Counted from the first letter of the whole stretch, positions 26,776-36,991 are shown. The stretch is DNA of 63,744 nucleotides, filler included, from Candidatus Lindowbacteria bacterium RIFCSPLOWO2_12_FULL_62_27 (GCA_001784175.1; 3 parts of 3 records of this genome joined end to end with filler, not necessarily neighbours in it); one strand, 5' to 3'. The notes: a model not told the origin generated them from the sequence alone. Numbers and translations are program-made.

Positions 26776-28898
26776 CAGAACCTGAGCTCCGCCTGGAGCG
26801 CGATAATGGATTCTACGTCAAGTCTTGCCGCAGCTTCACCCATATTGGCCAATGTGCCAAGCCCAAATCCAACGTCGGCGCCGACGTTGGCAATCGCCTC
26901 CGCCCCCCGTTTATAGAAATCATGCACCCGCCACGCCGCGCCGATTCTCTTGTCCTCATCGATGTAAGGATCCAGTCCATACCACAGGCGAATATGGAAG
27001 AGTTTTGACCATTCGTATTTGATGCCCGCAAATGGTTTGATCATCTCATCAGAAAATCCTGTTTTCAGGGGAGTAGATTCAGCGTCATAACTCACATAGA
27101 AGTACCGCATCCCCAAATCAAGATTCCAGCGGCTGCCCAATTTCCAGTTCAACCGCGACGATCCGATTCTTGTTTCAAATGATTCATCCAGGGTCCCGAA
27201 TCGCTTGAAACTGGTCAGGTCCATCCAGTCCAATTTGTTATGCCAGGTGACCGCACGGGTCAACCGCCACTCCACGTAAATACGCTCCGCAAGCGTCCTT
27301 TTCGCCCAAGCGACATCTGAAAACTGGTAGTGAGGCGCGCCCAACCGCTCACGGTAGAAGATATTTCCTTGTTTGAGATCCGACCGTTTGACATACCGGC
27401 TCTCAAGCTCGAATCCCCATTTTCGGTCCGGCCGGCGATTCAGCAACAGCCGGTGCGTGACCTCCATCCAGTCCGGGGATACCCGAACCAACTGACTGTC
27501 CGATGACACCGGCGCCGTTGTGAAGCTAAACGTCGTGGCCCGATAATTATGCAATTTTAAATTCAATTCGCTGGCCCAGGTTCGGCCCTCCACCACCGCT
27601 CCTGTCATCAGTGAAAGCCCGTCTGATTGATCTCCGAACACTCTCTCCTGACCCGCGGCGCCGGCGCCCGAAGTAACGGGCTGGCCATACGCGAAGACGA
27701 AGACCCGGCGCTGAAACCCGGTTGAATAGACCAAAGCGGCAGCGTCGTTCTGAGTCACGAGGACTTCCGTCATTAATTTCAAGCGGCCAAAGGTAAACGT
27801 GAAATCCATGGCGGTGCGGATACTTCTGTTCTGGCCGCCCGGTTTCACCTGGCGAAGCACGTCCATGTGATAGTATGAGCTGGACCCTGCGGGATATTCG
27901 ATGGATCCGGGCCCCAGGTCGGTGACCGTTTTCACTTCATTTGAAAAGGTCCCACTCGCCTTGATCCCGTTCTCTATCTGCCACTGAACGTAGCTGATCC
28001 CCCATGAAAGCCGTTTGCCGCCGCGTTTCAGCCGAAACCCCCACACATCTTCGTCGATCGGGCTCTGATCCAGACGGACCTTGTTGGAAAAAAAAGCATA
28101 TCCTTGCCAGGGGTCCCGCTTGAGATCGAAACTGAATCCCGTGGCATACCGGCCATACCGATGATAGAAGGGCCGCGCTTCACCCGTCAGGTAAATGTTG
28201 TCGTCAAAAATATAGTTGTGTTCATCCAGCAGTCGAAGGGGATCGTCAAAGTCGATCAGCCAGTGTGTCTCGAAGGGGCGGACCACCAGCGACCGGGTGT
28301 TGTCGCCGAGAGACAATTCCATGTAGGCTTCGTCCAGATTGAACCGGTCCGCGGACGCCGTATTTACATTGAGCTGCATCCAGACTTTCAGGAAATCCAT
28401 AAAACTCGGCCGGATGTCAAAGTTCAAATCGAGGTCGTTTCTGGGCGACTCCGAGCGGATCCTCCCACCCGGCCCGTCCACGTCGTCCGTGAGCAGATTA
28501 AAGAAGAGAAAATAGCCGTCCATGTCGATTTTCGAAACATTGGGAAATCGCAGGTACGGCTGCCGCGGATAAATGTACAGCTTCCCGTCTCGCCGGACCA
28601 GCGTCACCTTGAGATCGTCTCCGGTCATAAAGCTGCCGTCGATCACGTACTTGTACTTATAGGTCCCCACCGGCAGCGGCAACACGATTTCAAACTTTCC
28701 GTCTTTTTTTTCCATGGGCAGAGACTTATCGTTCCATCCATTGAACTCGCCGGCCAAATGGACCTTCTCGGCGAGCGCGTCCTCGAATTGAAACAGAACG
28801 CCATATTCTGTCATCTCGGGCGGAAGGGGCGACGCCCATCCCGTTACAGGCGCCAAAGCGCCGATCAAGCACAAGCAGACCCCAAGGAAAAGGTTCAT
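26775..28898 (-). CDS. Outer-membrane beta-barrel with N-terminal CBM48-like domain
   Basis: Signal peptide, then VLFQFED..AEKVHLAGEFNGW...GTYKYKYVIDG, then amphipathic strands ending IIALQAELRF. Confidence 0.8.
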   Translation of the reverse strand: MNLFLGVCLCLIGALAPVTGWASPLPPEMTEYGVLFQFEDALAEKVHLAGEFNGWNDKSLPMEKKDGKFEIVLPLPVGTYKYKYVIDGSFMTGDDLKVTLVRRDGKLYIYPRQPYLRFPNVSKIDMDGYFLFFNLLTDDVDGPGGRIRSESPRNDLDLNFDIRPSFMDFLKVWMQLNVNTASADRFNLDEAYMELSLGDNTRSLVVRPFETHWLIDFDDPLRLLDEHNYIFDDNIYLTGEARPFYHRYGRYATGFSFDLKRDPWQGYAFFSNKVRLDQSPIDEDVWGFRLKRGGKRLSWGISYVQWQIENGIKASGTFSNEVKTVTDLGPGSIEYPAGSSSYYHMDVLRQVKPGGQNRSIRTAMDFTFTFGRLKLMTEVLVTQNDAAALVYSTGFQRRVFVFAYGQPVTSGAGAAGQERVFGDQSDGLSLMTGAVVEGRTWASELNLKLHNYRATTFSFTTAPVSSDSQLVRVSPDWMEVTHRLLLNRRPDRKWGFELESRYVKRSDLKQGNIFYRERLGAPHYQFSDVAWAKRTLAERIYVEWRLTRAVTWHNKLDWMDLTSFKRFGTLDESFETRIGSSRLNWKLGSRWNLDLGMRYFYVSYDAESTPLKTGFSDEMIKPFAGIKYEWSKLFHIRLWYGLDPYIDEDKRIGAAWRVHDFYKRGAEAIANVGADVGFGLGTLANMGEAAARLDVESIIALQAELRF

Positions 28899-30373
28899 CT
28901 GAACTCCATTTCGAGCTTCAAAACGGCGATGCGGTCCGTATTGACGGAGTTGTCGGCAAAAGATCCGTCCCGGGTCAGATCATCGTTTCCGTGATCCTGG
29001 TTTCCATAAGCAAGAATCAGATTGTTGATCCCCCCGAAGGCGAACCAGAGCTGGCCATAGAGGCTGGTTCGGCTGAGGTCCGGCTGATATTCGAAGGCGT
29101 GAAGGACGCGTAGAATAAACTTGAGAGCAAATCTGTTCTTCTTTTTTTCCCGGTCCTCGTCCGTGATGAAATTGAAGGTGTTTTGAATGCCGAACAAATT
29201 CTTTCTGTACCGGTTGCTCATGTCCGTCACTCGGATATGTGCCTTGAATTCGTTGTTTTTCGCGAGCGATTCCAATTGCATGAACATCCCGGGTTTTCGA
29301 AGATCGTTATTCCACGGATCGTTCGACACTTCGTAATAAAACTTGGCCTTGTACCCCTTCTTGAATTCCGAGTAAACCTCGCCCTTCCGATAGGTGGTCC
29401 GCCGTTCTGGCCGGTTCAGAATGTTGAGCCGGGTTTCCCGCTTGATGTCCTGTTCATACGTGACGTTGACAAATTTTGCGGGAACTTCGTACGCAATTTC
29501 GTTTTTGACGCCGATCTCCCTATTTTGCGGGTTGTGGCCGAGATAATTTTCATATCCGCTCGCCCAGTTCCTGAATTTCGAACTCACCCTTAGACCGCCC
29601 CATCGCTCCGTCTTCGCATAGAGATTTTTCAGCTCAGTTTCAAACAGCGTCTCCGGTCCCGTGGTCGCATTGGTCGTGGAGGAAGCGGACCCGGCGGTGA
29701 CCCATTCGGCGTCGCCGAAACGCAGGGTCACATCCACGGCATGCACCCGATTGTATCCGTTGGACCAGCCTTTGAAGTTGGAGGTCGTTCCCAGCATCAG
29801 GCGATGCTTGTTCTCTTTCTTAAAAAAATTCCGGCCGGTCCGGAACGCATAAACGTCCGAATTCTCGAAAAGAAAGCGGGCCTGATAAAGATGCATCCAT
29901 GCGTCCCAGCCGGAAATATCCAGCCGAGTGCCGCGCAAGTCGGATTTCTGCTGCGTAATACCCAGCAGAGGCTCGCCCAGACTGAACCGCCCCTGGTTTT
30001 CAAACAGCAGCCATTCCGCCTTCTTCCCGCCGGCTTCTTTTCTAAAACTGACGTGGCCTTCCGCATACCGCAGAAGATCGTCGCCGGTATTTTTCGAGTT
30101 CAGACGCATCTTGGCGAAGATGGACACTCCGGGCGACGGGTCGGAAAAAAGCTTGCCCTCAAAATAACTCTGGGCGCCCCAGTTCGGCACGCCTTCGGCC
30201 TGTATGTTGGGCGAAAAAGCGCCCGCCTCCTGGTTGATGTCGGTTTGAAATTTATAGAAGGTCTCCATTTTGACAATCCGGGCGGAAGCCTCAAGAGGAA
30301 GTAAACAAATGACCACGTCTAAAAGCAGGAACACGATTCCAGTTCGCCGCGCCCCCCCTTGCCGCCCTGTCAC
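28895..30373 (-). CDS. Putative outer-membrane beta-barrel protein
   Basis: Signal peptide ending ASA-R, alternating polar/hydrophobic strands, and C-terminus IAVLKLEMEFR. It is coupled to the downstream barrel. Confidence 0.7.
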   Translation of the reverse strand: MTGRQGGARRTGIVFLLLDVVICLLPLEASARIVKMETFYKFQTDINQEAGAFSPNIQAEGVPNWGAQSYFEGKLFSDPSPGVSIFAKMRLNSKNTGDDLLRYAEGHVSFRKEAGGKKAEWLLFENQGRFSLGEPLLGITQQKSDLRGTRLDISGWDAWMHLYQARFLFENSDVYAFRTGRNFFKKENKHRLMLGTTSNFKGWSNGYNRVHAVDVTLRFGDAEWVTAGSASSTTNATTGPETLFETELKNLYAKTERWGGLRVSSKFRNWASGYENYLGHNPQNREIGVKNEIAYEVPAKFVNVTYEQDIKRETRLNILNRPERRTTYRKGEVYSEFKKGYKAKFYYEVSNDPWNNDLRKPGMFMQLESLAKNNEFKAHIRVTDMSNRYRKNLFGIQNTFNFITDEDREKKKNRFALKFILRVLHAFEYQPDLSRTSLYGQLWFAFGGINNLILAYGNQDHGNDDLTRDGSFADNSVNTDRIAVLKLEMEFR

Positions 30374-30412
30374 CCTGTCCCCCCTCTGCCGCCCTTGTCC
30401 CCTTGCGCGCCC

Positions 30413-31735
30413 TTACGAGGGTCGAAGGACGTTCAACTGCGCCAGGATTTTCCTTTCGACCAGCTTGCCCGCGTCCCGGAGGGCGGCCGGGACCGGTTTG
30501 GCGCCTTTCAGGGCCAGCTCCATTTCGGCGTTGACGATGGTTTCGAGCATGAAATAGTTGGGGATGTTGGGCCGCGGCCTGGCCGTCTGCATCTGTTCCA
30601 TGAAGGTGCGAAGGTACGGGTGCGCCTCCGGGGACACCCTCCGGATCGCTTCGAGGCGCACCGGGATCTGGTTCAGCGTCTTCGACCAGCGGATCTGATG
30701 GTCGTTGGATGAGACGTAATTCAAAAAGGCGAGCGCCAGTTTGGGATGTTTGGTCTTGCGGAAAATCACCATGTTTGTGCCGCCGACATTGGTCGATGTG
30801 CCCGCGGGGCCGGCCGGGATGAGGGCCACGCCATAATCGACGCCCGACTGCCGGAAGGTTTCGAGGCGCCAGGGGCCGCTGAGAATCATGGCATACTTGC
30901 CGTTCATGAATCCCTGGTCCGCGCCGATGGCGCCCGGTTTCCAAGCGCCCGCTTCGAGCTGGTGTTTCTCGTACAAATCCACTTTCAGTTGCAGCGCCGC
31001 GACGCCCGAGTCCTCCGCCAGCCGGTATTTCCAGACGCCCCGCACCAGTTCGATAATCGGCGCCGCGTAGGTGTTGTAAAAGGGCATGGTCCACCACAGG
31101 GAATTGTCCATCCCGAATCCGTACTCCTGCTGAGCCGTGTCGGTCAGCGCACGGCCATATCGAATGAAATCGTCCCATGTTTTCGGCGGCTCCAGCGGGT
31201 TCAATCCCGCCGCGGCCAGCTTCTGCGCCTTTTTCCTGAACACTTCGCGGTTCCAGTAGAGCGCGACGCACGTGGTCTGGTCCGGGATTCCGTACAGGTG
31301 CGTCACGTTGCCGATGGTGAGGAGATTCGATCCGATCGCGGCTTGCACAAATTTGTTCTTGAACGTTTCCAAGTCCGGCCCTTCGAAGCCGTCCGCTTTG
31401 TCGAGCGCCAGGAGCGCCTTGCCGTAGGCGAGGGTCGGCATGTCGCCGATGTCGACGCGGGCGATGTCGGGCGTCGTGTGGGTGAGGGCGGCGGTTTTGA
31501 GTTTGGACAAAAACCCGTCGAAGGGCACGCGCTGGATGTTCAGGCGGACTTTGACGCCGAACTCTTTTTCCGCAATCGGCACGAAATCCTCCGTGAGTTT
31601 GACGAACACGTTGTGCTCTTCCGTGTTGTAGGTTTCCCAGACCGTCAGGGTCACAGCGTCGTCGGAGACGGATGGGGAACGGCCACAGCCTGTCAAACAC
31701 AGACAGACGAGGAGCGACGAAACAAATATTTTCAT
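30413..31735 (-). CDS. Carbohydrate ABC transporter substrate-binding lipoprotein (MalE/SBP_bac_8-like)
   Basis: Lipobox LTGC, plus VTLTVWE, LYGIPDQTTCVALYWNREVF, PPKTWDDF and FMNGKYAMILSGPW. Confidence 0.92.
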   Translation of the reverse strand: MKIFVSSLLVCLCLTGCGRSPSVSDDAVTLTVWETYNTEEHNVFVKLTEDFVPIAEKEFGVKVRLNIQRVPFDGFLSKLKTAALTHTTPDIARVDIGDMPTLAYGKALLALDKADGFEGPDLETFKNKFVQAAIGSNLLTIGNVTHLYGIPDQTTCVALYWNREVFRKKAQKLAAAGLNPLEPPKTWDDFIRYGRALTDTAQQEYGFGMDNSLWWTMPFYNTYAAPIIELVRGVWKYRLAEDSGVAALQLKVDLYEKHQLEAGAWKPGAIGADQGFMNGKYAMILSGPWRLETFRQSGVDYGVALIPAGPAGTSTNVGGTNMVIFRKTKHPKLALAFLNYVSSNDHQIRWSKTLNQIPVRLEAIRRVSPEAHPYLRTFMEQMQTARPRPNIPNYFMLETIVNAEMELALKGAKPVPAALRDAGKLVERKILAQLNVLRPS

Positions 31736-33108
31736 CCTTTCACCGCCCCCTGGGTCATCCCTTCAATGAAATATCTCTGCGCGAACACGAAGAGGACGGC
31801 GACAGGGACGATCGAGAAACACGCGCCGGCCATCTGCAGTTCCCACTGTGTCAGGTACTGGCCCTTGAAGAGCGCCAGGCCGACCGGCAGGGTCCGGAGG
31901 GCGCTGTCGGGCGTGTTGACGACGAGCTGCCAGAGGAAATTGGACCACTGGCCGAGGAAGGTCAGCAAAAAGAGGGTGACCATGATCGGCATCGACAGCG
32001 GGATGACGATTTTGGTCAGCTCGTGATACTCGTTCGCGCCGTCCATCCGGGCGGCCTCGAAGAGCGAGTGCGGGATGGTTTCGATGTACTGCCGCATGAG
32101 GAATATCCCGAAGACGTTGGCGAGGTGCGGCACGATCATGCCGAGATAGGTGTTGATGCCGAAGATCCGCATTTCCTGAAGCGTCGTGCCGAACAGCGGC
32201 ATCTTGCCGATGATGTTGACCAGCGCGAACTGCGGGACGAAAAAGATCATCCCCGGCACCATCATGACGGACAACAGGAGATAAAAAAGCTTGTCCTTCC
32301 ATAAGAAATCCTTCACCGCGAACACGTAACCCGCCAGCGTGCAGAGGATGACCGTCAAGAGGCCGCTCACGGTCCCCACCACCATGCTGTTGATGAAAAA
32401 CCGGCCGAACGGGAAATCGGGCGACCCGGCGATCGCCGCGAAATTGCCCAAAGTATAGATCGACTTCAGGCCCGCCCAGAACGAGTTTCTTACGGAAAAC
32501 CGGTACGTGACGTTCCCGCCGCCAGCCGCCAGCATCTCCGCGGACCAGCGGCTCTCAGCGTCTTTGACCAGCGGAATTTCCTTGTCATCGACCAGCGCCG
32601 TCACCGCGATCGCGGCGGGGTCCTGGTAGACGAACCGGACGCGCCCGCCCTCGTATTCGGTCCGGTCCGCCGACGGCGGGATGTCCAGCGCCTGGTTGGG
32701 CCCATCCATCCACTGGCCGTCCACCACGAATTTGTATTCGTGTTTGCCCACCGGCAGGCGCAGCGTCTTCTGAAACACGCCGCCGCCGGTGGTCGTCAGC
32801 GCCTCCGCGCCCGCGTTCCAGCCGTTGAACGTGCCCGCGACGGTAACGCGTTCGGCGCCAGGCGCGGTGTGAAAAAACGTGTGGGCCTGAAACGCGCCCG
32901 CGATTTCGCCCGGCGCCAGCGCCGCCGGTCCCGTCGTTCGCCGCAGTTCCGGCAGAAACTCGTTCTTGAGCGCCGTCCCCTGTTCCTTGAAGGCCGTGAG
33001 CAGCATCCAGAACAGCGGCATCAGCACGACCAGCGACCCCACGGTCAGCGCGACGTAGAGAAGGAGATTCCTCAGAATCAAGAACACCCAATCCGACCAC
33101 GAGCGCAT
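31732..33108 (-). CDS. Carbohydrate ABC permease (MalG-like) with periplasmic CBM48-like insertion
   Basis: EAA motif IPHSLFEAARMDGA. The insertion TAPGAERVTVAGTFNGW...GKHEYKFVVDG lies after the first TM segment. Confidence 0.9.
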   Translation of the reverse strand: MRSWSDWVFLILRNLLLYVALTVGSLVVLMPLFWMLLTAFKEQGTALKNEFLPELRRTTGPAALAPGEIAGAFQAHTFFHTAPGAERVTVAGTFNGWNAGAEALTTTGGGVFQKTLRLPVGKHEYKFVVDGQWMDGPNQALDIPPSADRTEYEGGRVRFVYQDPAAIAVTALVDDKEIPLVKDAESRWSAEMLAAGGGNVTYRFSVRNSFWAGLKSIYTLGNFAAIAGSPDFPFGRFFINSMVVGTVSGLLTVILCTLAGYVFAVKDFLWKDKLFYLLLSVMMVPGMIFFVPQFALVNIIGKMPLFGTTLQEMRIFGINTYLGMIVPHLANVFGIFLMRQYIETIPHSLFEAARMDGANEYHELTKIVIPLSMPIMVTLFLLTFLGQWSNFLWQLVVNTPDSALRTLPVGLALFKGQYLTQWELQMAGACFSIVPVAVLFVFAQRYFIEGMTQGAVKG

Positions 33109-33109
33109 C

Positions 33110-34036
33110 TTATTTGATCCTCTTCGGCTGGAATATTTTCACGTTGATGATCGACACGGTGATCGCGACCACCAAAAGCACGTAGGACACGGCGGCCGCA
33201 TAGCCATACTGGCCGTCCTCGAACTGCAGGTAGAGGTAAAAACCGGAAATGCGGCTCGCGCCCACCGTGTTGCCCATGACCGAAACGTTCGGCCCGCCGC
33301 GGCTGGTCATCGCATATATTTCGGTGAACGCGTTCAGCGCGCCGAGGATGCCGGTGACGATGAGAAAGAGCGTGATGGGTTTCACGAGCGGCCACGTGAT
33401 GTGCCGGAGTTTGTCCCACCAGCCGGCGCCGTCGAATTCGGCGGCCTCATAGATGGATGTGGGAATGTTCTGGATCGCGGTCAGATACAGAATCATCCCA
33501 AAGCCGGATCCCTTCAGCACCATCGCGAACGCCACGGCCGGCAGGGCGGTCCACGGTTCCGACATGAGCGCCGACTCAGCCAGCACGTCGATCTTCAGCG
33601 CGCGGCCCAGGACCGACAGGAGGCCGTACGTCGGCGCGTAGATCAACGTCCAGATGACGCCGACCACCAGCATGTCGAGGACGTTCGGCAGGAAAAACGC
33701 GCTGCGGAAAAATCCCCGGCCCGGCAGTCGGTTGTTCAGGAGGAGGGCCAGAAGAAGCGACAGCGCGATGAAGGCGGGGATCGTCAGAAAGGCGTAATAA
33801 AACGTGAGGAGGAGCGACCACCAGAATTCGGGGTCGCCGAGGAGCGCCGCATAATTTCCGAATCCGACGAATTTCATGTCCGCAAACACGTTGTAAAAAT
33901 CGGAATAGATCGTGTTCTTCTGGAAACTCAGGAGCAGAGAATAGAGGATGGGGTAAAGGAGAAAAATGCCGAAGACAACCAGAAACGGGGAGAGAAACAC
34001 ATACGAAACGATCGTGTCGCGCGTCTTGCGGTCCAT
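33110..34036 (-). CDS. Carbohydrate ABC permease (MalF/UgpA-like)
   Basis: FVGFGNYAALL and EAA motif IPTSIYEAAEFDGA. ATG at 34036. Confidence 0.92.
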   Translation of the reverse strand: MDRKTRDTIVSYVFLSPFLVVFGIFLLYPILYSLLLSFQKNTIYSDFYNVFADMKFVGFGNYAALLGDPEFWWSLLLTFYYAFLTIPAFIALSLLLALLLNNRLPGRGFFRSAFFLPNVLDMLVVGVIWTLIYAPTYGLLSVLGRALKIDVLAESALMSEPWTALPAVAFAMVLKGSGFGMILYLTAIQNIPTSIYEAAEFDGAGWWDKLRHITWPLVKPITLFLIVTGILGALNAFTEIYAMTSRGGPNVSVMGNTVGASRISGFYLYLQFEDGQYGYAAAVSYVLLVVAITVSIINVKIFQPKRIK

Positions 34037-34038
34037 GC

Positions 34039-35496
34039 CTAGCTCCGACCCGCCGGAACGGCCGCGGCCGGATGGGCCTCTGGATTTCCCTGTGGCCGGA
34101 AGACCCGCACGCAGTTTCGGCCCGCGTGTTTCGCGCAATAGAGCGCCTCGTCCGCGCTCTTGATCAGCCGGTCGGCCGTCAGGGACGGGTCGTCGCTCTG
34201 GACGGTCTGCGACAGGTCGTTGACGCCGATGCTGATGGTCACGGCCAGCGCTGTGGTCTCCAGCTTCACCGGCGTTTTGCCGACCGCGCCCCGAATCCGC
34301 TCGGCCACGCGCGCGGCGTCGGACGCGGCGGTTTCCGGGAGAATCGCCGATATCTCCTCGCCGCCGTATCTCGCCACGAGGTCCCCGTCGCGTAATACTG
34401 ATTTGATCCGGCCGGCGACATCCCGCAGCACGGTGTCACCCGCGAGGTGCCCGTACGTGTCGTTCACCTGTTTGAAATGGTCGAGGTCCATCATCAGAAG
34501 CGTCAGGGGCCGGCCACTCCGCATGGACCGGTGCACTTCGTCCTTCAGGCGGTCCTTGAAATACCAGAGGACATAGAGTCCGGTCAGGCGGTCCGTGATG
34601 GCCATCTGATTGACCTGCTCGTAGAGCACACTGTTCTGGACCGCAAGCCCGAGGAGGTCCGCCGTGACGGCGAGGAGTTTCACGTCCGGCGGCGACAGCG
34701 GGATCGTGACGAGCCAGCCTTCGATCTCGAGGCACAATCCGCCCAGCAACCTGTTCTGATACCGGACGGGGAGCGCGATCCAGGCGCCCTCGCGAATGAC
34801 ACCCGAAGGTTCCGCCCCCTCCGGCGCGGCGCGCGGCCGGAGAACTTTCTCCTTGACGGCGCGGCCGCGCGAGGCGTCCTCCATCGACGCCGCCGCCCGC
34901 GGATTGCGCAGGTCGATGTCCTCGCCCGATGCGAGGCAGAGCCACATGGCGTTCAGTTGCAAGTCGCGCCGCCGCGCAAGCTCCTTCAGGCTCTGGCCCG
35001 CGGCGGCCAGGATGTCGACGCGGGCCATGCCCACGGTCTGCCGGGTCGCGAGGTCATACACCGTCTGAAACAGCGTGATCTCCTCCTGAACGCGATCGAA
35101 TTGATTCTTCATTTCTTCCAGCGAGATCATGGACTCGGTGTTCTGCCGTTCCAGACGCCGCCGGACGAGTTCGTGCCGGTAGCCATCCATCCACTGCCGG
35201 CGGATCACGGCACACCCGAATTCCAGGAGGCCAAACCAGACCAGCGCGATCCATATCTGGTGAATGAACATCCCACCCCGAACCGCCGGAAGAACGACCA
35301 GCGCCGCCGACATCAGCCGCGCCGGCATCCCGAAGGGCCGGGGGGCGCCGCGCACAAAGGCAAAGAGAGCGATCATCGCCGCCAGAACGCCCAAATGGTA
35401 TTTGTCGACGCCAAATCTCGCCGGCCACGCCATCCCCGCCGCCCCGACAACCGCCGATGCGACGACGATGACCAGCGCCGCGCGGCGCTCAGTCAT
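34039..35496 (-). CDS. Membrane-anchored GAF-GGDEF diguanylate cyclase
   Basis: N-terminal TM segments, AITDRLTGLY, MMDLDHFKQVNDTYGHLAGD, and RDGD (RxxD I-site) before YGGEEI. Confidence 0.92.
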   Translation of the reverse strand: MTERRAALVIVVASAVVGAAGMAWPARFGVDKYHLGVLAAMIALFAFVRGAPRPFGMPARLMSAALVVLPAVRGGMFIHQIWIALVWFGLLEFGCAVIRRQWMDGYRHELVRRRLERQNTESMISLEEMKNQFDRVQEEITLFQTVYDLATRQTVGMARVDILAAAGQSLKELARRRDLQLNAMWLCLASGEDIDLRNPRAAASMEDASRGRAVKEKVLRPRAAPEGAEPSGVIREGAWIALPVRYQNRLLGGLCLEIEGWLVTIPLSPPDVKLLAVTADLLGLAVQNSVLYEQVNQMAITDRLTGLYVLWYFKDRLKDEVHRSMRSGRPLTLLMMDLDHFKQVNDTYGHLAGDTVLRDVAGRIKSVLRDGDLVARYGGEEISAILPETAASDAARVAERIRGAVGKTPVKLETTALAVTISIGVNDLSQTVQSDDPSLTADRLIKSADEALYCAKHAGRNCVRVFRPQGNPEAHPAAAVPAGRS

Positions 35497-36991
35497 GGTC
35501 CACCACCTGGTCCCGGCCGGTATTTTTCGCGCGGTACAGGCGCCGGTCGCTGATCTGGAACAGTTGTTCCGGATCGCCGGTGTCGGCCGGAAACGACGCG
35601 ACGCCGACGCTGACGGTCACCCGAAACGTGGGCGCCGGGCCGCCCTTCGGCGCGCCCTCGGCGGGCTCGCCCTGAAACGCGATGGCCTTGATTTTGCCGG
35701 CGATATCCTCCGCCCGAGCCTTCGCCTGGGGACGCGTGGCGTCCGGGAGCGCCACCAGAAATTCCTCGCCGCCCCATCGGCAGGGCAGCGGCCCGCCCCA
35801 GTCGACTTCGCGGATCACGCGGCCGACCGCCTGCAGCACGCGATCCCCCACCGAGTGACCATAGGTGTCGTTGACGCGCTTGAATAAATCGATGTCGACC
35901 AGGATCACGGACAGGTTGTTCGATTTCCGAAGAGCCCGCTTGCATTCCTCCGAAAAACGCTTCTCGTAATAATACCGCTTGTACAACCCGGTCTGGCCGT
36001 CGGTCAGCGCCAGTTCCTCCGTCCGCTCATACAGCCGGACGTTGCTGGCCGACATCGAAAAGACGGAGGCAATGTGGCTCAGGATCACCATGTCGTCATG
36101 ATCGAACCGTTCCGGTTGCTCCGACACCACGCGAAGATTCCCGTATATGTTGCCCTCTTCAATCAGAGGACACACGAGCGCCGACCGGCCGGAAAAACGG
36201 CTCTCGGCGCTCTGAAACCGCGAGTCCTTGTCGCGGTCCACCACCAGGATGTTTTGCCGCGACTGCCCCGCCACCAGGTCCAGACCGTCCGGGCACGGAA
36301 CCAGGAGGTCGTACGTCCGGCGCTGGTACCGGCGGCCCTGGGAAGCCGGCTGAGATGCGGGCCGGACGACGGCCGCAGACCGCGCGTCCGCACGGGGCGG
36401 CGCGGCGCTGAGCCACAGGCTGGCGCGGTCTTCCGGAAAGAGCGCCTCGACCGTCGCGAGGACCGCCTCGGCCAACTGGTCGAACTTCAGCGTCGACGAA
36501 CACTCGTGGACGACGCCGACGAGCGAGGTCCATGTTTGGAGTCGCTTCTCATGTTTTTCGGTTTTCTGCACAAATTCCTCCTCGCCCTCGTGCGACATCC
36601 TCACCGCCGTCTCCAGATCGCCGGCGACGCTCCGCCGGTGATCCCGCCCGGTATGGATGTCCTGGATCCACGTCGAATAGAACGCCATAAAACCGGCGAC
36701 GACGATGCCGCCCACCGCCAGCGTCAGGCCCCGGGCCATCGGGATGCCGATCACGGCCACGAGCGTGGCCGTGATGAGAAACCCGACCGCGAGCGGCCCG
36801 CCGCGGATGCCGAACTGGTGGATGAAAAACACGCCGGTGAGGGCGAAGAGGGACAGCGCGGCGATTTCCGAGCCGGCCGCGAAGATCGGCGCCACGATGA
36901 GGCTCGTGGCCGAGACCGCCAGAAGCCCGAGGGTGGGGACGAGCCGGTCGATGCGGAAATTTTCGTCGAGCCGGACGAGGGCGTTGGTCAT
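35489..36991 (-). CDS. Membrane-anchored GAF-GGDEF diguanylate cyclase
   Basis: N-terminal TM segments, GAF-like RSALVCPLI, ALTDGQTGLY, DIDLFKRVNDTYGH and WGGEEF. ATG 36991 overlaps the ATPase stop. Confidence 0.92.
   Translation of the reverse strand: MTNALVRLDENFRIDRLVPTLGLLAVSATSLIVAPIFAAGSEIAALSLFALTGVFFIHQFGIRGGPLAVGFLITATLVAVIGIPMARGLTLAVGGIVVAGFMAFYSTWIQDIHTGRDHRRSVAGDLETAVRMSHEGEEEFVQKTEKHEKRLQTWTSLVGVVHECSSTLKFDQLAEAVLATVEALFPEDRASLWLSAAPPRADARSAAVVRPASQPASQGRRYQRRTYDLLVPCPDGLDLVAGQSRQNILVVDRDKDSRFQSAESRFSGRSALVCPLIEEGNIYGNLRVVSEQPERFDHDDMVILSHIASVFSMSASNVRLYERTEELALTDGQTGLYKRYYYEKRFSEECKRALRKSNNLSVILVDIDLFKRVNDTYGHSVGDRVLQAVGRVIREVDWGGPLPCRWGGEEFLVALPDATRPQAKARAEDIAGKIKAIAFQGEPAEGAPKGGPAPTFRVTVSVGVASFPADTGDPEQLFQISDRRLYRAKNTGRDQVVDHD

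Noticed and set aside
28088-28711. A8 (28088-28095) and T8 (28704-28711) runs in the CBM-barrel gene as phase-variation tracts
   Set aside because: Short, in frame, and explained by Phe/Lys codons.
36310-36340. RRYQRR as a PilZ-like c-di-GMP-binding motif in DGC1
   Set aside because: An isolated RxxxR in a low-complexity loop, without the second PilZ motif.
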